A DNA stretch of 63,847 nucleotides from a virus (lineage: Duplodnaviria; Caudoviricetes). The stretch spans positions 1-63,847 of IMG/VR virus record IMGVR_UViG_3300025131_000031. The stretch is one strand, 5' to 3'. The notes under the pieces were generated by a model. The model was not told where the DNA came from and did not search any database. It saw only the letters and a list, made by a program, of their open reading frames with translations. A program made the translations under genes and the position numbers. Below are positions 57,845 to 63,847 of this stretch, piece by piece; positions within the stretch are counted from its first letter, which is position 1; every line of letters begins with the position of its first letter.

Positions 57845-58072
57845 GTGAAACTAAGAGAAGCAGCAAAACAAGGTGACATTGGATTTTCCGAATTCGATGA
57901 AACAGATATGAAGGGTAAGAAATGTTTACGAAAAAGCTGCAGAGGGAAATATGGTGAAACAGGAATTCAAGATGATATGCATGGTGAACTTCATTGTTTA
58001 AAATGTGGTCATGGAATTACTAGTAGTATGACAAAATCACAGATTGCTAAAGCAAAGAAAGCTGCAAATTAG
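57845..58072 (+). CDS. small zinc-ribbon protein
   Basis: GTG after AGGAG; C....C...HCLKCGH. Confidence 0.6.
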   Translation: MKLREAAKQGDIGFSEFDETDMKGKKCLRKSCRGKYGETGIQDDMHGELHCLKCGHGITSSMTKSQIAKAKKAAN

Positions 58073-58084
58073 AAAGGTTACAAA

Positions 58085-58279
58085 ATGAAAATCGGATTAT
58101 TGAATTTTTTGACAGTTGTTTTCGTGATACTGAAATTAACAGGAAGTATAGCCTGGTCATGGTTTTGGGTGTTATTTCCATCAATAATCTCTTTAGGGAT
58201 TGCAATTGTACTTGGAATAATTGCACTTGGAATATTCATCTTAGCAGCATTTTTCGTTGATGAAATTGAAGTTGATTAA
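58085..58279 (+). CDS. small membrane protein
   Basis: LT..F.ILKLTG.I.WSWFWVL.P. Confidence 0.75.
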   Translation: MKIGLLNFLTVVFVILKLTGSIAWSWFWVLFPSIISLGIAIVLGIIALGIFILAAFFVDEIEVD

Positions 58280-58286
58280 AAAATAT

Positions 58287-58362
58287 GCATCCCAATGTTC
58301 CAAGGCAGGCGACTGACGCTCCAAACGTTCGTGGCGGAGTTCGATTCTCCGGGGGTGTGCCA
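58287..58362 (+). tRNA. tRNA-Trp(CCA)
   Basis: loop ctccaaa, T arm cggag/ctccg, G73-CCA; atypical D arm. Confidence 0.75.
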
Positions 58363-58376
58363 CATTTTAAAATAAT

Positions 58377-58455
58377 GGACCGGAAGCCTAAACTTGGTAT
58401 AGACGCCATCCCGATAAGGTGGAGACAGTAGGTTCAAATCCTACCCGGTCTACCA
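58377..58455 (+). tRNA. tRNA-Ile(GAU), C33
   Basis: ccatc-ccgataa-ggtgg, CCA. Confidence 0.8.
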
Positions 58456-58653
58456 TACTATTATGTTAAGACAGAAACAAAGCATAGAAGAAACACAGAG
58501 AAAGTTCAAAGAAATTGGACTAGCAATCTGCGACATAATGGATCATGATTACAGATCAGAAGTTGTGGAGCTATCTAAAAACCATTATACAGTCAGAACC
58601 ATAAAGACTAGGAGGGTACTATGACGTAATAAACTTACACAAGGAGATTTATT

Positions 58654-59229
58654 ATGTCTGAGAAAAGAGAAGTCACTGTATTATACGATGCTAAGAATCC
58701 TGTAAAGCTCAAATGGTGGGAACATATCTACTATTGGCTTTGGAGAGAAGTTTGGGATAGAAAAGATCTTCATCGTCGAATCATGTGGTTTTGGCAAAGA
58801 AGAACAAGAGGTTTCGATAACACAGAACTATGGAATTTATACGTTCCTCTTTCCGAACACATTCTTCCAAGATTGATAGCATTCAGAAATAATCATCATA
58901 GCTGTCCTGGTGGTTTACTTCCTGAATCATATGAATTAAAAACCACAGATGATACATGGAAATTACAGTTTGTAATATGGAATGAAATACTTGATAAAAT
59001 GATTGAAGCTTTCAAATATCTCTCAACAGAAGAATGCGATGAAGATGGTGGAAAATATTCTTATAATGATGAAATATTAGAAAAAATGTGGATCGATGAA
59101 GACGGTTATTTACAAAGCATTCATGCTGCTAATTATTCAGATTATGAAGAATATATGAAGGTAAGAAAAGAAGCAATAGAAGAAGGACTAAAACTATTCG
59201 CAGAGTATTTTGAACATCTCTGGGATTAA
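58654..59229 (+). CDS. hypothetical phage protein
   Basis: WNL....I.PRL..F, W..ILDKMI.AF, EGLKLFAEYFEHLWD. Confidence 0.75.
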   Translation: MSEKREVTVLYDAKNPVKLKWWEHIYYWLWREVWDRKDLHRRIMWFWQRRTRGFDNTELWNLYVPLSEHILPRLIAFRNNHHSCPGGLLPESYELKTTDDTWKLQFVIWNEILDKMIEAFKYLSTEECDEDGGKYSYNDEILEKMWIDEDGYLQSIHAANYSDYEEYMKVRKEAIEEGLKLFAEYFEHLWD

Positions 59230-59238
59230 GGGGGTTTC

Positions 59239-59499
59239 ATGTTTGTTGCATTTGATTTTATGGAAGATTTGCTAGGCAAAGCAGAAGATGCTGAAATCGC
59301 TGTTTTGCAAATGGAAGCATTCGCCAGGTTGGTTGAGCAGCTTCAAGATTTAGTATTATTCGCAGCCTTTTCGAAGTATATGTTTATCGGCTTGAGTGCA
59401 TTTGTTGTTATACTATTATTGTATGTTATTATGCTTCACAATAAGGTTAGTTGGTTAGAATCAACACTTGAAATTCACGTGAAATTGGAAGGCGATTAG
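59239..59499 (+). CDS. membrane protein
   Basis: single hydrophobic span. Confidence 0.55.
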   Translation: MFVAFDFMEDLLGKAEDAEIAVLQMEAFARLVEQLQDLVLFAAFSKYMFIGLSAFVVILLLYVIMLHNKVSWLESTLEIHVKLEGD

Positions 59500-59835
59500 A
59501 TGTTGTTAGAAACTTTTAACATGTCAGCACACGATTTACAAAATGAAGCAAATAATATAAAAGAAGTCATATTAGATACTTTGTACGCTGAAGAAGATAT
59601 AAGTGAAGAAAAATATATCGAACTCAAGCGAACATTGGTAATTACAGTTTCTAAGATAAGTCATTTTGGAGCATTTTGGAAAGCACTCAAGAATAAATGG
59701 AGCAAAGAAAAAAGAAATAAAGAAGAGAGTGAAGGCTGGCGTTATGTAGCATTGAAGGCTTGCAATAAAAATAGTATATCAGGCCAAGAAATTCTATTAA
59801 GACTCAAAAAGGAAGAAGATGATCAATCACACTGA
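59500..59835 (+). CDS. hypothetical protein
   Basis: 111-aa coupled ORF. Confidence 0.6.
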   Translation: MLLETFNMSAHDLQNEANNIKEVILDTLYAEEDISEEKYIELKRTLVITVSKISHFGAFWKALKNKWSKEKRNKEESEGWRYVALKACNKNSISGQEILLRLKKEEDDQSH

Positions 59836-60130
59836 ATCAGATTCAGTTCGTAGAGCTGAAAATGCTTGGAGAAGAAAGCATGAATCTGATAGGCCTGACC
59901 GCGGTCCTAGAGGTGATAGGCCTGAAGAATATTTCGATATAAGAGAGCCTGAAGAATATTTCGATATAAGAGATCCTAATGATACAATAGATCATAATCT
60001 TGCTGAAAATAAAAGATACATAGAATTGACAAAAAGAGTAGTAAACAGAACTATTAAGCCAGAACTATTATCAATTGGCTTAACAGATGAAGAAGTTGAT
60101 TGGTTAATGGAGTATATTAGAACACATTAA
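59819..60130 (+). CDS. hypothetical protein with an internal tandem duplication
   Basis: PEEYFDIR x2. Confidence 0.6.
   Translation: MINHTESDSVRRAENAWRRKHESDRPDRGPRGDRPEEYFDIREPEEYFDIRDPNDTIDHNLAENKRYIELTKRVVNRTIKPELLSIGLTDEEVDWLMEYIRTH
59920..59973 (+). repeat. 27-bp tandem duplication
   Basis: gcctgaagaatatttcgatataagaga x2, in frame. Confidence 0.9.
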
Positions 60131-60204
60131 TGCGGAGTGTTAGCAGCGGTCAGCTTACTAGGTTCATAACCTAGAGGTCGGGGGTTCGAATCCCTCCTCC
60201 GCTA
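60131..60204 (+). tRNA. tRNA-Met(CAU), initiator-like
   Basis: loop ttcataa, 1:72 mismatch; lacks the full three G:C anticodon-stem pairs; no CCA. Confidence 0.8.
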
Positions 60205-60229
60205 TTTTTATTAAAAATAGAAAACATGA

Positions 60230-60305
60230 TGCTCGGTAGCACAATCGGCGGTGCACCTGGCTCTGGTCCAGGATGTTGTGAGTTCGATCCTCACCCGAGT
60301 ATCCA
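60230..60305 (+). tRNA. tRNA-Gln(CUG)
   Basis: tgctcgg/ccgagta, cctgg-ctctggt-ccagg, CCA. Confidence 0.85.
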
Positions 60306-60686
60306 AATTCGAGTTTAAAAATGGCAAGAATTATATTAATATATCCTGTAAGCTAGGGTATATTTTTTTGTTTACACCGGAGAATGAAGATGGAATATTC
60401 TATTTTGTTAGGATGCATTTTTGGTCTACTTATAAGCGAATTACAATTCGCTTCAAATCAGGAGAGCAAGTAGCTGAGTGGGCTTGGCTATTGATAGTAT
60501 GTTCTCTAGAAGTTTATTCACATTTTTAGGAACAATTTCTCAAGGCTTGAAGATGATATTTTAAAGAAAATCCCGTTCCATAGAGTTTAATTATGGATGT
60601 AGTTAGAGTATTACATGAAGCAATCTTTGTGGAGGAAAGATAACTTAAATCATAGATGACATCAATAGTGTAACAGGAGATTTAGC

Positions 60687-60848
60687 ATGTCTAAATATAT
60701 TTTATATGGACAGGTGAGTCATCAAGACCGAAAGATGGAAAAAATTGGTACAGTAAATTCGTATGATGTAATGAAAGTAGTAGAAGGATTTTATAAGTCT
60801 CAGTGGTTAGATTTTAATCATAATGAGATTAAGGATAAGGAGGATTAG
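60687..60848 (+). CDS. 53-aa hypothetical protein
   Basis: AGGAG RBS, MSKYILYGQ..., followed by a terminator. Confidence 0.5.
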   Translation: MSKYILYGQVSHQDRKMEKIGTVNSYDVMKVVEGFYKSQWLDFNHNEIKDKED

Positions 60849-60868
60849 TCAACGTATTGATTAATCGG

Positions 60869-60898
60869 GCTCAGTGGTTTATTCACTGAGCTTTTTTT
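60869..60898 (+). terminator. intrinsic terminator
   Basis: gctcagtg/cactgagc followed by a T7 run. Confidence 0.85.
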
Positions 60899-60933
60899 AT
60901 TAAAAATATATACGATAAAAATTAGGAGACCTT

Positions 60934-61419
60934 ATGAAAGCATGCTTTACAGGAACTCGAAAATATAAGATGAATCAAGAGAATACTGATGTCATGAATT
61001 TGATAGCGGGTTTGCTTGTATCAAGAAATCTATATCAAACATTATATTTTGGAGGAGCATTGGGAGTAGACACTGCAATGCTCATGAATTGTGCTAAGAT
61101 TAATTCTTTCCCAGCTACTGCGTACGTTAAAAAATTAATAGTAGTAGTTCCTGATTCAATAAAACATCAACCTTCATTTTCTAGAAGAATTATAGAAGAG
61201 AATGCAGATGAAATTATAGAACTAGGAAATAAAATTACTAGAAACGACGGATACAAATCTTATCAAATTAGAAATGAGTATATGGTAGATAATTCAGATA
61301 TAGTGTATGCTTTTCCAAATAAGAATCCTCTCAAAGGAGAAAAAAAAGGTGGAACTTGGAATACTATAAACTATGCTCGCAAGGAAAATGTAGAAGTAGT
61401 CATAAACACACTGGAGTAG
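60934..61419 (+). CDS. SLOG-family (YspA/DprA-like) protein
   Basis: FTGTR, GGALGVDT, RNEYMVDNSD, GGTWNTINYA. Confidence 0.8.
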   Translation: MKACFTGTRKYKMNQENTDVMNLIAGLLVSRNLYQTLYFGGALGVDTAMLMNCAKINSFPATAYVKKLIVVVPDSIKHQPSFSRRIIEENADEIIELGNKITRNDGYKSYQIRNEYMVDNSDIVYAFPNKNPLKGEKKGGTWNTINYARKENVEVVINTLE

Positions 61420-61608
61420 TATGAAGTTGTTTATTTGAATTTAAATTTCCTATAGATATATTCTTATAGAAGTTGATGGAAGATATTGGCATTCTAGAAA
61501 AGATCATATTGAAAATGATGTATACAAAAATGAATTGGCAAATAGAAAAGGCTACAGATTAATTAGAATTTGGGAAGATGAAATAGATAAAGAATGGAGA
61601 ATAATGTG
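61420..61608 (+). pseudogene. 3' remnant of a Vsr-type endonuclease
   Basis: reads DILIEVDGRYWHSRKDHIENDVYKNELANRKGYRLIRIWEDEIDKEWRIM*. Confidence 0.75.
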
Positions 61609-62616
61609 AAAAAGAAAACCACTGTATTGTATATCGACCAGCTAAATATGTTTATAAGAAACTTTGCTGCATTAAATCTGACCAATGACAAGGGTGACAA
61701 TGTAAGTGGTATCTATGGATGCCTACAAAGTTATACCTCTGTCATAAACAAATTCAATCCTGACGTAGTTCTGGTCGCCTGGGAAGGACGAGGCTCATCC
61801 AAAAGGCGCAAAGCTATAATGGAAAGCTATAAACAGGATAGAACATTCACGGGATTCAATAGAAGCTATGAAGGAAATCCGGAAGAAGAAAAGAAAGCTT
61901 TCTGGGGTCAGATAGATCGAGTTAGAGAGTATATCAAAGACCTTCCATTCTACCAAGCTTCAATAGAATATTTAGAAGCTGATGATCTCATTGCTTATTG
62001 TGTTGAGAATATATTTGATGATGAGGAATTTGAAAATGTCATTGTATCAACAGATAGAGATTATTTTCAATTAGTCTCAGACAGAACGAAAGTCTTTCGA
62101 CCTGTAAAGACTAAGGCAGCACCAACCGGGCAAATCGTAGACTCAGATTTTGTCAAATTTGAAACAGGATGCCACCCTGGTAACTATATACTTTATAAGT
62201 GTTTATGTGGTGACAAATCTGATGGGATTATAGGAATTAGTGGTGTTGGCCAAAAAACTTTTACAAAAGACTTTCCTTTTGTCGTCGATCTGAAAGAGTC
62301 AGGTGATATTTATAACATCCAGGATCTACTGGATTATTCTTCAGTTAAGTTAGCTGAAGGAGTCAAAAGGTACAAAAAATATATATCAAATAAAGCGCTC
62401 ATCGAGAAGAATTATAAGGTAATGCAACTTCTCACCCCTGATATGAGCAACGCAGCTATCCAAAACATTGAACGTACCTTTACGAACTTTACTCCAAAGT
62501 TTAAATCAACTCAATTTAGAATTAAATTAATAACAGATAGTATGTCGCCACGCAATATAACTCGTTGGGTGGATGGCTTTACTAATATTAGACCTAGAAA
62601 AATATCTTTCGAATAG
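61594..62616 (+). CDS. 5'-3' exonuclease / T4 RNase H-like (FEN fold)
   Basis: YID..N, RRK....YK..R, EADDLIA, STDRD..QL, GDKSD.I.GI.GVG.KT; start may be GTG 61606. Confidence 0.9.
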   Translation: MENNVKKKTTVLYIDQLNMFIRNFAALNLTNDKGDNVSGIYGCLQSYTSVINKFNPDVVLVAWEGRGSSKRRKAIMESYKQDRTFTGFNRSYEGNPEEEKKAFWGQIDRVREYIKDLPFYQASIEYLEADDLIAYCVENIFDDEEFENVIVSTDRDYFQLVSDRTKVFRPVKTKAAPTGQIVDSDFVKFETGCHPGNYILYKCLCGDKSDGIIGISGVGQKTFTKDFPFVVDLKESGDIYNIQDLLDYSSVKLAEGVKRYKKYISNKALIEKNYKVMQLLTPDMSNAAIQNIERTFTNFTPKFKSTQFRIKLITDSMSPRNITRWVDGFTNIRPRKISFE

Positions 62617-62627
62617 GAGAAGTAACG

Positions 62628-63847
62628 ATGAGGGATGATTCATTTGAGAAGTTTGGAAGAAGTTTCCAAAATAGAGTTATACAAGCAGCATTGATCGACT
62701 ATAAGTTTTTTCAACAGATTATTCTTATATGTAAGCCTGTTTATTTCAATTCAGAAACACATAGAGTATTGTGGAATATCATAGTAGATTATTTTGTCAA
62801 GTATAATTCAACACCAACATATGAAGTAATTAGAATAGAATTAGGAAACGAAACAAATGCAGATATAGTTGAGTCAGTTAAGGTCTTGTTAAAGGAAATA
62901 GAAACAAATGTAAATCAAATCGAATTGAATCATACCAAAGATATAGCAGCACAATTTTGCACTAATAAAGAAATGGAACAAGCAATTTTAGATTCCGTTG
63001 AGCTATTAAAATCAGACAAGAGTGATGCAATAAAAGGTAGAATAGAAGAAGCAATGAAACATGTCCATGTCATAGATACTGGGCATGAATACTTTGATGC
63101 GCTAGAAGAAAGAACAAAGCTTAATCCAAGAAAAACTATCCCAACAGGATTCAAATTGTTGGATCACATAGATTATTTGGAGGGTGGATTAGCTGGTGGA
63201 GAATTGGGGGTCATAATGGCTCCAACAGGGGGAGGAAAGAGTTTTTGGCTGACCGCTATTGGTAAGGGAGCTCTTGATGCTGGCAAGAATGTTGTTCATT
63301 ATACATTCGAATTATCAGAAATCAATATTGGTAAGAGATATGATTCAGCAATCACAGGAATTCCTACAAAGAATCTGAAAGAAAATTATGATGACGTAGA
63401 AAAGATGCTGGCTAACTACAAGGGCGGGAAACTCATCATCAAAGAATTCCCTACAAGATCAGCTAACATTCATAAGATTAAATTTCATATAGACAGATTA
63501 ATTTCATCTGGCTTTGTTCCAGATCTCATAATTTTAGATTATGCAGATCTTATGAGAAGTACAAGAGCTTATGAACAGAGAACTTGGGAATTAGAAGCAA
63601 TTTATGAAGAGCTTAGAGGCTATGGAATGGAAACAAAAACTCCAATCTGGACAGCTTCTCAAACTAATAGAGGTGGGTTGGATGAAGACATAATTGGATT
63701 AGACAAAATAGCCGATGCGTATTCAAAAGCTATGGTTACTGATTTCATTATGACATTTTCTAGAAACTTAGTGGAAAAGGGAACCAACAAAGGCAAGCTC
63801 TATATAGCCAAGAACAGAATTGGATTAGATGGTAAGGTGTTTAATGT
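62628..63847 (+). CDS. DnaB/gp41-like replicative helicase (runs off the window end)
   Basis: open frame from ATG 62628; IPTG, Walker A APTGGGKS, TFELSE, DYADL, WTASQTNR, AKNR.G.DG. Confidence 0.9.
   Translation, partial: MRDDSFEKFGRSFQNRVIQAALIDYKFFQQIILICKPVYFNSETHRVLWNIIVDYFVKYNSTPTYEVIRIELGNETNADIVESVKVLLKEIETNVNQIELNHTKDIAAQFCTNKEMEQAILDSVELLKSDKSDAIKGRIEEAMKHVHVIDTGHEYFDALEERTKLNPRKTIPTGFKLLDHIDYLEGGLAGGELGVIMAPTGGGKSFWLTAIGKGALDAGKNVVHYTFELSEINIGKRYDSAITGIPTKNLKENYDDVEKMLANYKGGKLIIKEFPTRSANIHKIKFHIDRLISSGFVPDLIILDYADLMRSTRAYEQRTWELEAIYEELRGYGMETKTPIWTASQTNRGGLDEDIIGLDKIADAYSKAMVTDFIMTFSRNLVEKGTNKGKLYIAKNRIGLDGKVFN

Noticed and set aside
49763-60529. ORF-track N-terminal extensions or ORFs running through tRNAs (49763, 50265, 53420, 57701, 60251)
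   Set aside because: The extensions are tRNA sequence; downstream starts with RBSs fit better, and 60251..60529 has no supporting motif
60306-60686. tmRNA or other large ncRNA after the last tRNA
   Set aside because: No tRNA-like ends, tag reading frame or convincing stems seen by eye; looks like decayed coding sequence
775-63154. All minus-strand ORFs in the supplied track
   Set aside because: They lie antisense to well-supported + strand genes or tRNAs and show no recognisable motifs; treated as shadow ORFs
1-63847. Stop-codon reassignment or suppressor tRNAs
   Set aside because: Conserved genes are intact in the standard code, all three stops end genes, and no CUA, UUA or UCA anticodon was found; the in-frame stops seen are in endonuclease remnants and one broken small ORF

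Overview
AT-rich, gene-dense fragment of a large (jumbo-type) tailed-phage genome, read in the standard bacterial code with essentially every real gene on the + strand. Layout: (1) 0.3-6.5 kb, probable virion structural genes plus a 2H-phosphoesterase (Acb1/gp57B-like). (2) 6.5-12 kb, a short family-A polymerase-like gene and small proteins sharing an N-terminal MK(L/I)...E motif. (3) 12-40 kb, a large sugar-nucleotide/glycosyltransferase/methyltransferase cluster, interrupted by an intact NUMOD3-Vsr-like endonuclease gene, several eroded relatives of it, and a self-contained Ro60/TROVE (rsr) cassette. (4) 40-47.5 kb, ClpP-like, HNH, thyA, gp32-like SSB and uvsX/recA genes. (5) 48-60.3 kb, small ORFs interleaved with 26 apparently intact tRNAs (19 amino acids, no Phe found) and a 4-copy conserved promoter. 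(6) 61-63.8 kb, SLOG, 5'-3' exonuclease and the start of a DnaB/gp41 helicase. The standout signal is a non-coding array upstream of rsr (31.0-31.7 kb): four RNA units share a scaffold (outer stem-AGCAA-bulged stem-TACTTC) whose stems are kept by compensatory changes but carry different inserts, one with four hairpins. A fifth unit inside the tRNA array carries a permuted tRNA-like (YrlA-type) insert. This looks like a modular phage Ro60-Y RNA system. Also notable: a Sec-type 13-bp-arm tRNA with a Ser anticodon, and an ArfA-like peptide whose stop codon lies inside a tRNA. All calls come from reading the sequence by eye; no searches or folding programs were run.
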